NCBI GenBank assembly: GCA_951406725.2
Contig: OX597817.1
Span: 157,232,001 to 157,296,000 of the forward strand
Source: Octopus vulgaris
Lineage: Eukaryota
Length of the DNA stretch: 64,000 nucleotides
Direction of reading: 5' to 3'
The notes below the pieces were generated by a model. It worked only from the letters and a program-made list of their open reading frames with translations. It was not told the DNA's origin and ran no database searches. The translations under genes and the position numbers were made by a program. Below are positions 50,990 through 64,000 of this stretch, one piece after another; the first letter of the stretch is position 1; each line of letters opens with the position of its first letter.

Positions 50990-51561
50990 GTGGGGTGGAG
51001 AGCAAAAGAAAGTCACATTTTTTTTTACACTAACTGCAAATTAAATGTTTGGAAGAGAATTAATTGATATTATTGCCAGGAATGTAACATAAGTGGATCC
51101 AGAAACCCAGTGACAGCGTGTTGCTAATAAATAAATGAGGAAAAAAAAAAAACCTCCACTTAACTCACCTAACACTTTATGGAATAGCTACCAGATTATC
51201 TGGGAATGTTTCCTAAGATATTATGGCACCTGTTTCAGAAGATATAAATTTTTAACCATGTAATGTCCTATGCAAAAACTATTGGAAGCAGTTACATATA
51301 GTATACTGTAGAGTAGTGTAGTGTGCAAGAGGTCTGCAATACAGTAGGATATAATGGCTCTACCATTGCCATGTTTCATATAAAAATTGGATCTTTGCTT
51401 TTGGCTCAAGTTTACAATCTCTTCAATTATTTTAGGATTTCATTTATATCTGTATAGGCACAGGTGTGGTTGTGTGTTTAGAAGCCTGTTTTCCAACCAT
51501 GTGGTCTTGAGTTCAGTCCCACTGTGTAGCACCTTGAACAAGTGTCTTCTACTATAGCCCT

Positions 51562-51781
51562 TTCTTTCGTTATTGCCCACAGGGGGCTAAACATAGAAGG
51601 GACAAACAAAGGGATTAAGTTGATTACATTGACCCCCGTGCATAACTGGTACTTATTTAATCGACCCCGAAAAGATGAAAGGCAAAGTCGACATCGGCGG
51701 AATTTGAACTCAACGTAAAGACAGACGAAATGCCGCTAAATATTTTGCCCGGCGTGCTAACGATTCTGCCACTTCACCGCC
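51562..51781 (-). mobile_element. SINE family A nested in a family B-like SINE
   Basis: TSD TTCTA(C/T)TATAGCCCT. Confidence 0.82.
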
Positions 51782-52979
51782 TTTCTATTATAGCCCTTGG
51801 CCAACCAAAGCCTTGTGAATAGATTTAATAGAAGAAAGCTGGTAGAAGACATTCATTGTGCGTGTGTGCATGCATGCATGGGTGTGTGTGTGTGTGTGTG
51901 TGCACTCTTGCTTTGTCACCATCATGTGATGGTTGTAAATGAGCATCACCATCATACACTGATATGAAATGATGATTGTTAGAACCATTCCATCAACAGA
52001 GTTGTAAAAATAAGATGGTCAAATTTTAAGATATTGGATAACCTGCTTATAGGTTCTGGGTTCAAGTGCTAATGCTTCATTGTGTCTTTGAGCAGAGTTT
52101 ACTTTACTCATTTTCTGTTTTAGTTCACTTACTTAGCTTTTGGGAATATTGCTTGAAGTAGGTTAGCTGTTGTTGCTTATCCTTAAGTGGTCAACTCTAA
52201 TTTGGCTCATCTATGGTTAATGGCGTTCCATCCATGGCCATCCCATCATTTCTTTGTCAAAGACTACGTTGTTTAAGATGTCCATTTCTTTTCTTTCTAT
52301 TTTTTTACAACAATAGGGTTTGATTTGAGGGAAATTTGGCTGCAACTTCTAGCAGGTCAAATGATCAAATAGAAACTCTCATCTGATTGTTTTATTTAGG
52401 GAAGATTTTAATTTTATCTGCTTCACTACAAACAGTACATAAGAAGCATGCTTGTTTTTCTTTTGTTTTTTTACATATTTATGAGGTGACATCTTCCTCT
52501 CTAAACCTTGTGGAAGTGGGTTTATTTATAAACTTTCATTATTACTTTCTTTGTTGCTGTGTTTTTTCTCACAGGTATGCCATGCTACAGGGAGTAATCA
52601 GTAAATGGAGCATGAAGCCATGTTTCATTTTCCATCTAAGCCAACTTTACCCCTTGTGTGTTACTAGAGCCCTTTGTATATCCGTTTCATAAACCTCAAA
52701 TTTTATTAGTATAAAAGAAAAGACCTTTTATTTCTTATTAATGAGAGGCCAATGATAATCAAGAAAATTATTGTATGACTTGATCTGTCTGTCTGACTGA
52801 GTAAAGCTGTATCTCTTTTACAGCAAGACACCTGTTTCTTTGTCATGCACTAACCTTTCGTCACCTAGCACAAGGTCACCTTCTCCACTCAAAGGATCTT
52901 TGTCTTGTAAGTTACTTGGTGACCCTGCCAGTGCTGGTGCCATGTAAAAACCTTATACTAAAAGCCTTCTTCCCATATA

Positions 52980-53371
52980 CTCTTACTCTTTTACTTGATT
53001 CAGTCATTTGACTAGCCATGCTGGAGCACCGCCTTTAGTCGAGCAACTCGACCCCGGGACTTATTCTTTTTGTAAGCCCAGTACTTATTCTATCGGTATC
53101 TTTTTGCCGAACCGCTAAGTGACGGGGACGTAAACACACCAGCAACAGTTGTCAAGCAATGCTAGGGGAACAAACACACACACATACATATATATATATA
53201 CATATATACGACAGGCTTCTTTCAGTTTCCGTCTGCCAAATCCACTCACAAGGCATTGGTCGGCCCGGGGCTATAGCAGAAGACACTTGCCCAAGATGCC
53301 ACGCAGTGGGACTGAACCCGGAACCATGTGGTTGGTTAGCAAGCTACTTACCACACAGCCACTCCTGCGCC
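52980..53371 (-). mobile_element. SINE family B
   Basis: Full-length reverse-orientation copy. Confidence 0.88.
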
Positions 53372-53465
53372 TATCCATTTTTTTTGTAAAAATTACAATT
53401 AATAAATAATTTGGAAGTATTTTAAAATAGGGCATTACTTTTCAATCACCTTGCAGTTCTACTTT

Positions 53466-53872
53466 CATCATCATCATCATCATTCATTGTTTAACGTCCA
53501 CTTTCCATGCTGGCATGGGTTGGACAGTTTGACTGAAGGCTGGCAAGCCAGAAAGCTGCACCGGGTTCCAATCTGTTCTGGCAAAGTTTCTACAGCTGGA
53601 TGCTCCCCCTAATGCTAACCACTTTGAGAGTGTAGTGGGTGCTTTTTATGTGTCACCAGCACGAGGGCCAGTCAAGCGGTTCCAGATGCTGGAATGGTGC
53701 TTTTTATGTGCCACCAGCACAGGAGCCAGTCAAGCGGTACTGGCAACAACCATGCTTGAATGGTGCTTTTTATGTGCCACCGGCACAAGGGCCAGTCAGG
53801 CAGCACTGGCAACAACCATGCTCAAATGGTGCTTTTCACATGCCACCAGCATGGGAGCCAATCAAGCGGCAT
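53466..53872 (-). mobile_element. RTE 3' UTR with ~60-bp tandem units
   Basis: (CAT)n tail and four GGTGCTTTTT..GTGCCACC..GCCAGTCA units. Confidence 0.82.
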
Positions 53873-54320
53873 TAATAGTAAACCTAAAGCATAGTAACTT
53901 TAAATAGGAAATAACTATGCAATTGTGGTCTTACTGATGAAGCAGCATGCACAGGATCAGTAGACCACATGTCTGGAAGGAAATTATTAGATAAAAATTG
54001 TCGTCCAATTCCCAAAGAGCCAGGTCCCTAGTGATGATAACATCATTTTTTTTTTTTACTTTTTATTATCCTCTTATCGTTTCTGTGTTCATCTAATGAT
54101 ACAAAATTTTTTAGTCAGACAATTTAAAATTAATAAAACGAAAAGCTCGGTAGTAAACTTATCTTTTGATACTGTAAAAAGTTTGATAAAAGCCTATGGA
54201 AAATTCCAGAAAATTTAGATTTCAGAAAGTTCTACTTTCATCATCATCATCATCACCATCATCATCATCATCGTTTAACATCTGCTTTCCATGCTTGCAT
54301 GGGTTGGACGGTTTGACTGA

Positions 54321-54550
54321 GGTGGTGAGCTGGCAGAAACGTTAGCACGCTGGGCGAAATGCTTTGCGGTATTTCGTCTGTCGCAACGTTCTGAGTTCAA
54401 ATTCCGCCGAGGTCGACTTTGCCTTTCATCCTTTCGGGGTCGATAAATTAAGTACCAGTTACGCACTGGGGTCGATGTAATCGACTTAATACCTATGTCT
54501 GTCCTTGTTTGTCCCCTCTATGTTTAGCCCCTTGTGGGTAATAAAGAAAT
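54321..54550 (+). mobile_element. SINE family A nested in an RTE tail
   Basis: TSD GGTTTGACTGAG splits the RTE UTR. Confidence 0.88.
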
Positions 54551-55511
54551 AGGTTTGACTGAGGGCTGGCAAGCCAGAAGGCTGCACCGAGTTCCAATCT
54601 ATTCTGGCAAAGTTCTTTGTTATAACAGCTGCAAAATCTCTCAATGGCTTAATCCTTTAGCATTCAAACTGGTCATATCTAGTCAAAATGTTCTACCTGT
54701 TATATGTTCAAACTAAGCCATATCCAGCCTCTCACACCTATGCTACAATATCATTCTAAAAGTAAACAATCATATCATTGAAATCTCAAAGCTACAAGTT
54801 AATGCATGATCAATTGAAAACAATATAATTTTGGATTTCAGAAGTAATTAATTGAAGAGATGTTATCTCAGGACAAATACTGCAGTAACTGGCCTGTTGA
54901 TAGTGTATATACATTATGATGCATAGATGGCTATTTTAATTTAATACTGCATTACATTTGACTGAGTAATCTGAATGCTAAAGGGTTGAAGAATATATCT
55001 TCTATTTGTGACTTGTTTCAGTCATTGGACTGTGGCCATGCTGGGGCACTGCCTTGAAGAGCTTTAGACGAACAAATCAACTCTAGTACTCATTTTTTTA
55101 AAACCTGGTACTTATTCTATCAGACTCTTTTTTTTTTGCTGAACTGCTAAGTCACGAGGGACATAAGCAAACCAACATCGGTTGCCAAGCGATAGGTGTG
55201 TGTGTGTGGGGGGGGAGCAAACACAACAAAAACACATACAAATAAGACTGGAGCCTGGTGCAGCCTTCCAGCGTGCCAGCCCAGTCAAACTGCCAGCATG
55301 AATAACAGACGTTAAATGATGATGATGAAATACACACACGCACACATACGATGGGCTTCTTTCAGCTTCTGTCTACCAAATCCACTCACGATGCTTTGGT
55401 CAGCCTACGGCATAGTAGAAGACACCTGTTCAGTGGGACTGAACCTTGAATCATGTGGTTGGGAAGCAAACTTCTTACCACACAGCCATGCTTATGTCTG
55501 GAGTGTTTTAA

Positions 55512-56212
55512 TTACATACATTATGGCTGCCCCCTCGTTATCGAGTATGGCCATTGCACGAAGCTTAACTATTACTGGTGCTGTGATCGAATGTGACTTT
55601 TTAGCCCAGCTAAAGATCTACAATGTCTTGTACAAAATTGGCAACTAAAACCTTTACTGGTAATTGCCGGCTGTAGTTGTAACTGGGCTTCATGTACCTT
55701 TGCATGTCATTTAAGTCCTCCTGCCAAATTACACTCTCTTCCACATGCCCGACAGATATGATTAGTATGGTGTGTTACACCACCACCAGTGGCCAGGTTG
55801 TCACTCATCTGTCTCGTTTTATGACTACGAAGATGACTCATGAGTCCATCTTTACTGAGGCAGGGTCTTGCACAGACATTGCATGTCAGAATCAAAGGAA
55901 GACCCTTCCCTTCTGGAAGTGTAACAGCGATGCCCTTCCTGACATCCCTCCTTACTTTCTCATGTGCAACTCGAGATTTCTCAAACGTGGCTGTCCCCTC
56001 ATGCACAATCCTTCTCCACCTGCTATGATCAATAGCTATGCCTTCCCATGTGTCAGGAGAGATGCAAGCATCTCTTAAGGAAGCCTTCAGCAAGTCCTTA
56101 TACCTCTTTTTTGGTTTATGTGGAGGTCGTTCTCCTTTAGCTAACTCTCCATAAAAGAGTTGTTTTGGCATCCTTGAATCCTTCATTCTGACCAGATGAC
56201 CACTTTGCCTTA
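55512..56212 (-). mobile_element. 5'-truncated RTE-like LINE with three C-terminal C2H2 zinc fingers
   Basis: GHLVRMKDSRMPKQLFYGEL...KPKKRYKD, then CNVC..LMSHLRSH, CRAC..LK*HAKVH and CQFC..LKSHIRSQH. Stop at 55572-55574. Confidence 0.9.
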
Positions 56213-56514
56213 ACACAAGAGCTTCTAATTACATACATACATAAATAAATGCATGCATAATACACACACACATACGCACATACACACACTTGTTGAATTG
56301 TTCTTGAAGCTGAACTTCGTTCTCTTCCAATCATTTTGAGAATAGAGTACAAAGAAGAGATAGTAATGACCTATAGATCATGCATGTAAAAACTAGTGTC
56401 ACTCATGAATGCTATGCTTTAAGAAAGGTCAACCAAAGATGGAACTAATTAGCCATCTAAAGACATAGAAATAACTAATGATTTGCCATTAAATAAACCT
56501 AAATAAATTGGTAG

Positions 56515-56779
56515 GCTGGCTTCTGTGCTGGTGGCACTTAAAAAGCACCATCCGAACGTGGCCGATGCCAGCGCCGCCTTGACCGGCTTCTGTGCCGGTG
56601 GCACGTAAAAAGCACCCACTACACTCATGGAGTGGTTGGCGTTAGGAAGGGCATCCAGCTGTAGAAACACTGCCAGATCAGACTGGAGCCTGGTGCAGCC
56701 TCCTGGCTTCCCAGACCCCGGTTGAACCATCCAACCCGTGCTAGCACGGAAAACGAACGTTAAACGATGATGATGATGA
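56515..56779 (+). mobile_element. RTE 3'-UTR fragment
   Basis: Same UTR and (GAT)n tail as 29820-30080. Confidence 0.85.
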
Positions 56780-57284
56780 TAGTTTCTCAGAGAATTCTTA
56801 TCAAGACAGATGCTATAACCATAAAACATAATAAACATAATTTTGGTTAAATAACCTATGTTTCATACCCAATGGATTCGATTAGGTTGGATTGTTCATG
56901 TTCAGTCTACTGCAGGACAAGGGGCTCATCATGTTCTCTCCACTTACCATGGTCCAATGTGGAGGATGTGGAATTGAACTTGAGATCATCCTGGTTTGAT
57001 GAGCCCACTCAGTCTCACTGGCTGCTTGATATGACTTGGCATATTTTTTTTTATATTCTTACTCAAGAGTAAAGTCAATCTCAGTACACAGCAGAGTGGG
57101 TTGGGGTTGGGGGGAGGGGGGTCCACCAGAATAAAATATGAATCAAAGGGTTCCATTGGTAAAATATGGTTGTGAAACACTGCACTATATGTTTCAATGA
57201 ATTATTGAAATAATAAAAATTTCTAAGGAATTCTTTCTTTTTTGTTTTTTTGTAAGGTAACCACCATTTTTAGCTATTGGTATA

Positions 57285-57513
57285 TTAACCCTTTAGTGTT
57301 CAGATTACTCTGTTAAATGTAATACTTTTTCACTCAAATTGTTTTGAATTAATCCTGGATCATCTTACAGCTCTGAGGTTTCAATGATGTGATTACTTAT
57401 TTTTAGAATGGCATTGTAGGTTAGGTGTGAGAGGCTAGACATTGCCAATTTGAATATAAAATATGTAGAATATATTGGGCCGGATTTGGCCAGTTTAAAC
57501 ACTAAAGGGTTAA
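57285..57513 (+). mobile_element. piggyBac-type MITE family 2
   Basis: TTAACCCTTTAGTGTT...AACACTAAAGGGTTAA. Confidence 0.88.
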
Positions 57514-58394
57514 ACCAGTATTTGGAATACAACTTAAAAGGTTTTATATAAAACCTATGATGGGTCTTTTCTCTCAAGCTATCATTCAGTTTTCAGCAGA
57601 GATTTTAATATGAATTTATTTACATATTAACTCTTAAAAGATGATTTGACTGATCTAATCAGCCAACCATTTTTGTGTTAGGAAGAAATGCTTGATTGTT
57701 TTGACAATGAATATATGTATCTATTGCTGGACCACTGAAATCTACAAGTTTTTCTTTTTCATTCTCTCTCTGTTTATTTTCTCTTATTCCTTCCTGCTGA
57801 AGAGCATAGGCTTGAAACATAAATGACTTTTCATTTTCTTGAGCATCAAACTAATACATTTGCTTGTTGTTCGTACACCTGTCTTTGTCTTTAGTTTTTC
57901 TGTAACATCCTTTTTCTATGCTAGCATGGGTTGGAAGGCTTGAATGGAACAAACATGGAAGAGGGCTGTAGGCAAGCTCCAAGGTCTGCTTTGGCACAAA
58001 TTCTACTGCTTGGTGTCTTTCTTAACATCAACCACTTTACTGAGTGTACTGGGTTTAAACATTTTTTTTTGTGTCACCAGCACTGGAGAGGTCACCAAGT
58101 ACTTACATGACAAGATTCCCTCAACTGAGTGGGGTATAGTATTGAATAATGTGAAAGTATGACAGAGGGACAAGAAGTGTCTAACTGAGGAGGTGAATAC
58201 TCAGCCCCCATCCCCTACTAGAGAAAGAGGGTGCAATAGATGGTGTGAGCATACCCTCAAGGTACAAGGTGAATGTGTGTGTGTAACTGGTATGTTTATT
58301 TTAAAAAAAGCATTTTGCAGAACCTCTGCAATGTTATTAAAAGTGGCCCTTGTTGGGGTCTGTATAATATTTTGATGTTAAAATTTATGTACAA

Positions 58395-58780
58395 CTAGCA
58401 ATATCGCCCGGCGTTGCTTGGATTTTTTTCGACCCTTTAGAATTGGAATTTTTGAAAAGTAAAAATTATGTAGCTTGTTATTCTCTTTAAGTGAACATTT
58501 TTCTGGTTGAAATACACCAAAAAATGGCGACACAGCAGTAAAAAAAATCGTAAAAAATAGGGATTTTCATAGAAAAAAAGCACCTTTTTGATGTAAATAA
58601 TTTTTGGTGTTAACATGGTCCGATTTGAATTTTTTCTTCTATGGAAGGAAGAACAAGCCTTCTTCTATCATACTCTCAATTTTGGTCAACTTGCACTGCA
58701 GGGTCTCGGAGGAGATAGTGTTAGTTGAAGGCTACCAAACCTGCCATACACAGACAACTTCAGCTTTATATATATAGAGA
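58395..58780 (-). mobile_element. Non-autonomous Helitron, third family
   Basis: CTAG end plus hairpin, TC start. Near-identical copy at 61015-61406. Confidence 0.87.
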
Positions 58781-58832
58781 TAAATTGGTTCTGCTTCTAC
58801 AAAACATTTTTATTATACAGTTCCTAATAATA

Positions 58833-59226
58833 TCTTTATATATAAAAGTGAAGTTTTGTGTCTGTCTCCTACGATTTAGATTCCTAACTACTGCCACATT
58901 TTGTGGTGTAGTTTAACCATAACCGGGTATCTTATAGACGTGATTCATATTGAGCCCTTCTGGGTATTAGCACGCGTCTACGAGTCTACGATTTAAAAAA
59001 AAATTACCATCATTTTTTTCCATTTTAATGCATTTTTTCGCTATTATATAAGGGAAGTAACTCTCTAAAAATGTCTACGATGAGTCAACGATTTAAAAAA
59101 AAATTTACCATAATTTTTTTCCCCATTTTTAATGCATTTTTTGCTATTTTTTGGCTATAACTCTCTAAAAATGCTTATATAGTTATTTCCCTTACAAACC
59201 CGAGCAACGCCGGGCGATACTGCTAG
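58833..59226 (+). mobile_element. Non-autonomous Helitron (30599 family)
   Basis: A|TCTTTATATAT...GCGATACTGCTAG|T. Confidence 0.9.
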
Positions 59227-61014
59227 TTTAATCATAAAAAATATAATAAGAGCTAACTGTCAAGACTACGTTATTTAACCTCAAGTGTTGGTAGCTGTAC
59301 TTTAAGTTGACAAACTCGTGTGTCTGTAGTTGTATTTTAAGTAATGATATTCGAGTGTCAGCAGTACTGTAGTTACTTAAACCCCAGTGGCTGTCTTTTT
59401 TGCAGGCTGCTATTATAGTGCTGTCACTTTACCAGCAGACAAGTTTTATTCATCAACAATTAATGAGGCAGTGAAACAATTTTGTACAGTTTCACTTAAC
59501 AAAGAAATAAGAACGTTCTAGTCTAATTAACTACATGTTGCTGGGTTTTTTTTTCTTCTTTTGTCTTTTTCTGTGATTTACGACTTAAAGAAAGAAAGAA
59601 AAAAAAAAAGAAACTGTTCTAGATTCTAAATGGTACAATTTGTGAACAAATTCCAATTGCATCTCATTATATTAAGCATTATAATTAATACTGCCACTCC
59701 ATTCCCACTCTTCGAAGACTGGATATTTAGATTTGCTTGTCCCACTCTCATGGCTATAGCATTTGTTAAATCTCCTTCGAATTCTCTTTTTAGTGTAATT
59801 TGTAGAATAAGAAGAATTTTCTTAATGCCAAAATAATAAGACATTGTGAGAAGTGTCAAGGGACCAGCCATCAATATCATTGGACACCTGTTTTCCATGC
59901 TGGATTGGGGTGAATAGTTTAACAGGACCCAGTGAGCTGCAGGGCTGTGCTGAGCTCTAGTATCAGCATTGACTTGGTTTCTCCAGGTAGATGCCCTTCC
60001 TAATGCCAGTCACTCAGAACTCAGAGCCTATTTTGTGTTTCTGACACTAATGTTACCAAAGTCACTTGCAGAAAAAGATCAGGGAATACATACATATAAA
60101 TAAATAAAACCTGTTATTAGATTAATATTTATCAACTGTGCTAAGACACACGGTAGATTCCCGTGTTCCAAGGTAGTTGTATTCGAACCTGTTTAAACTG
60201 AAGCAAAACTTATGAAAGTTATGATGGTATGATGATAAGTGTTTATATGCTAAAACAAAAACAAAAAAATTATCGGAGATGTACTTGCATAGCAAGTGTC
60301 CTGATCTGAAATTGTGTGCTGGAACGAAGTGAATCTAACGGTTTTTGTGTGTTTCTTAAATGGCTTATAAAGACCTTCCACGCTGCAAAAAAATTATCTT
60401 ATATAGGAATGTTTGCAATGTAACAAGGAATTTAAACAGATTGAAATAAATTCATGTGACGTTTAGCTGCCTAGTTTTTAGCTTTTATTTACAGGTAATT
60501 CTTGTTTCCTTGCTCACTTTACCATGAGAGTATTAGAGATGACATTATGGGCAAGCACTATAGACCAGATGGATAACCCCTGAAACAAACGATTTAGTTC
60601 TAGAGGAGATGGAAGAGAAATGAAAGTTGGTGACAATGGTCAGACAACAAAAACTGCCATATTGGGGTCATGTCATTGGGGCCCAGAAGCTCTGTACCTG
60701 TATCTGTTGGGGTTGGGTGGACAGAAAGCAGTTTCATGGATGGCAGAAATGATGGAATGATTCCATCAATGACTGAATGGGGGAGAACTCTGGTGGAATG
60801 TCTTGATATAGCATGAGACCATGGGGTGTGGTGAAGAGCAGTGATTTTGTCTGAGGGTCCCTCAACCTAGAACTATGAGGATGGGCATATTCAGTCATTC
60901 ATTCGTTGAGTTTTTGTTTAAAACAAGGGCAGCCCTTTAGGGTATGGTGAAAAGTGTTCTATCTATGACAATACTCTAGTTAACAGATTGTGTACCTAGT
61001 GCTTTATTATTTAA

Positions 61015-61406
61015 CTAGCAGTATCGCCTGGTGTTGCTCGTGTTTGTTTCGACCCTTTAGAATTGGAATTTTTGAGAAGTAAAAATTTTGCATTATGTAG
61101 CTTGTTATTCTCTTTAAGCGAACATTTTTCTGGTTGAAATACACAAAAAATGGCAACACAGCAGTCAAAAAATCGTAAAAATTAGGGATTTTCATAGAAA
61201 AAAAGCACCTTTTTGATGTAAATAATTTTTGGTGTTAACATGGTCCGATTTGAATTTTTTTCTTCTACGGAATGAAGAACAAGCCTTCTTCTATCATACT
61301 CTCAATTTTGGTCAACTTGTGCTGCAGGGTCTCGGAGGAGATAGTGTTAGTTGAAGGCTACCAAACCTGCCATACACAGACAACTTCAGCTTTATATATA
61401 GAGAGA
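61015..61406 (-). mobile_element. Non-autonomous Helitron, third family
   Basis: Copy of 58395-58780. Confidence 0.87.
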
Positions 61407-62947
61407 TGTACTCTTTTATTTTGAAGACAGTAAGGTGTGATTTGAGGACAATACAGTTGCTATTTCTGAAAGATTGAATAATTGATATTTAGCTCTTGCA
61501 ATATCCTTTTCACTTTCTGGCATTGAAAAGATAATTTTTTTTTAAGATGTTGAGAGGGATTTACAAACACTATTGGCAGGAATGTGGTAACAAGCAAATT
61601 CAAAGATTTATAGAAGCTTCAGTGCTTATGTATATATACTATAATGAAGAAAGCTGCTTATTAATTAGTTATGAGTTTGTAACTTTTACTAAAAGAAAGT
61701 AATTATTAACCTCAACACTTTCTTGAAAATTGTTAGAAATCCCAATTTTATATTTTTATCAAAATGTGGTTTTAATCTCTTTTTATTATTGAAGATTCCA
61801 ACAGCACAATGCAATTTTAATTCACTGCAAGATAAAATAGAAAAATGGGTTTTTTTAAATGAAATTTTCTACAAATATTTTTCAGATGTTTTGATGATTT
61901 AATTACAATTATGTTGGGAAAAAAATTACTTTTGAGGATTATTCCACCCTTTGCTGAAAATTCTCAAAAAGAAATCTTTTATAGAAAGTGATGCACAACA
62001 CTAAATGTGGGTTTCAAAAGCAGTTTTTTTTCTTTCAACATCATCATCATCATTGTTTAACATCCGCTTTCCATGCTAGCATGGGTTGGACAATTTTGAC
62101 TGAGGGCTGGCAAACCAGATGGCCGCACCAGGCTCCAATCTTGATTTGGCAGAGTTTCTACAGCTGGATTCCCTTCCTAACGCCAACCACTCCATATTTA
62201 AATCATCAGAACATGAAAAAACAAACTCAAGATATGTGAAATATCTGCCCCTCCCCACCTTTTTTCGTTTTTGTTTTTTTTTACATTAAATTCCAATATA
62301 ATTGTTATATACACCTTCTGAAAGGTATTTTGTTGAAAATACCATTAAAAAAAATATCCATTTTTCTGAAAGTTATGAGGAAACAAAATCAAGGCATGTA
62401 AATTATCTGGAACCCCCCCCCCCCCACTTTCCGAAAAGTTTTCATAACAAATTCCAGTTTAATCATAATCTACACTATATGAAGTGTACTGCAGAAAATT
62501 TCATTAAAAAAAAATCCATTATTTTAGAAAGTTATGAGGAAACAAAGTCAACAAAGTACACTTCTGTAGTTGTGCCCTAAATTTATTTACTGAGTGAACA
62601 AGTGCTATAGATGAATAAAAAGTACAAAGGAAAATTAATAAAAAAAAATTGCACAAATTGAAAATCAAATACGGAAATATCATTTAGCAACTGGTAGAAA
62701 ACCATTTGGAGAGCGGTTTTCAGTGCTTAAGTATTATAATAACAGAGCCTATGTAGGGCACTGCTCAAGGACTTATGACAGACAAACTCTAGAAAGGGTC
62801 GTCACTGTGGATTAGCTAGGGAGTGGGTCTGCAGTGAAGGGGGCTTCTTCTAAGTATGAGTCAACCAATGGCTCTTGCCCTTATGTGTTTAACTAAATGT
62901 AACTTTCTCCAACACACTCTGGTTCTCTGTTGATTTTTGTGTATAGC

Positions 62948-63177
62948 TTAACCCTTTAGTGTTCAGATTACCCTGTTAAATGTAAGACTTTTTTCACTCA
63001 AATCGTTTTGAATTAATCATACATTATCTTATAGCTTTGAAGTTTGAATGGTATGATAGTTTATTCTTAGAATGTCAATGTAGGTTAGGTGTGAGAGGCT
63101 AAATATGGCCAGTTTGAATGTAAAAACATGTAAGATATTTGGGCCGGATATGGCTGGCTTAAACACCAAAGGGTTAA
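62948..63177 (+). mobile_element. piggyBac-type MITE family 2
   Basis: TTAACCCTTTAGTGTT...AAAGGGTTAA. Confidence 0.88.
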
Positions 63178-63498
63178 CTAAATATGGAATTTACCTAACA
63201 GCTATGACAGCACTAACAAAACAACAGCAAAGAAATGATTTTCAGCATGGAGAACAGAAAAGTACATTTATCTGATAATCACTGGAGATTTTGTCCTATG
63301 TGTCATTCCCCTGGCTACCACCCTTAAGATTTCACATTGATGACAGTTCTATAACAGTTCTTGGGTGACTTCTAATATAGCGTCTAATATAGCTCCAGTA
63401 TAGCTTCTAATATAGCTCCAAGCCAACCAAAATCTTGTGAGTGGATTTGGTAGACAGAAAGTGAAAGAAGCCTGTTGTATATGTATAAAAAATGTTTT

Positions 63499-63799
63499 CT
63501 GGGCAAGTGTCTTTTACTATAGTCTCAGGCCGACCAAAGCCTTGTGATTTTGTTAGATGGAAACTGAAAGAAGCCTGTCATATATGTATGTATATGTTTG
63601 TGTGTCTGTGTTTGTCCCCACCCAACTTCATTTGACAACTGATGCTGGTGTGTTTACATCCCCGTAACTCAACGGTTCGGCAAAAGAGACCAATAGAATA
63701 AGTACTAGGCTTACAAGGAATAAGTCCTAGGGTCGATTTGCTTGACTAAAGGTGGTGCTCCAGTATGGCTGCAGTCAGATGACTGAAACAAATAAAAGA
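63499..63799 (+). mobile_element. SINE family B, 5'-truncated
   Basis: Body and tail motifs present. Confidence 0.8.
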
Positions 63800-64000
63800 A
63801 TATATCATCATCATCATTCTTTAATGTCTGCCTTCCATGCTGGCAAGGGTTGGACAGTTCGACAGGAGGTGGCCAGGCAGAAGTCTGCACTCGACTTCTG
63901 TGTCTGTTTTGGCATGGTTTTTATGGTTAGATGCTCTTCCTAACACCAGCCACCCAGCAGAGTGGACTATATATATATAAGGGCATCCAACCATAAACAA

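Noticed and set aside
51169-51229. Minus-strand AG...GTGAGT exon candidate
   Set aside because: Stops in all three frames and no supporting partner exons.
52575-52692. KPCFIFHLSQLYPL resembling APLF NPCFY...SQLLPL after a good acceptor
   Set aside because: Wrong phase for the expected exon, runs into a stop without a clear donor, and lacks the downstream L.PGD.F.L motif.
60640-60680. KTAILGSCH resembling the end of an RLE-type LINE ORF
   Set aside because: Too short and degenerate to support a call.

Overview
AT-rich, repeat-dense animal genomic DNA. The SINE, RTE, MITE and microsatellite content is most like an octopus (coleoid cephalopod) genome; this is an inference from repeat families, not a database result. 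Only one host coding exon is recognisable: a 96-nt first coding exon at 20340-20435 (+), MSGIVLRPIDGGESITVPTDSQTVIGRGNFLQ|gt, matching the start of the APLF FHA domain. I did not find exon 2, so the remaining ~43.5 kb is probably intron 1. The rest of the window holds three SINE families, 5'-truncated RTE LINEs and their (GAT)n tails, Tc1/mariner relics, TTAA piggyBac-type MITEs, non-autonomous Helitrons, a 39-bp minisatellite, a 1.7-kb TTAGGG-like satellite and long microsatellites. Almost all ORFs in the supplied track are repeat artefacts. The most notable hidden signals are several Penelope-type minimal hammerhead-ribozyme motifs, Helitrons with swapped 5'/3' ends, a 24-bp templated-insertion scar and a perfect 40-bp inverted repeat. 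I found no evidence for a wholly new multi-gene system.
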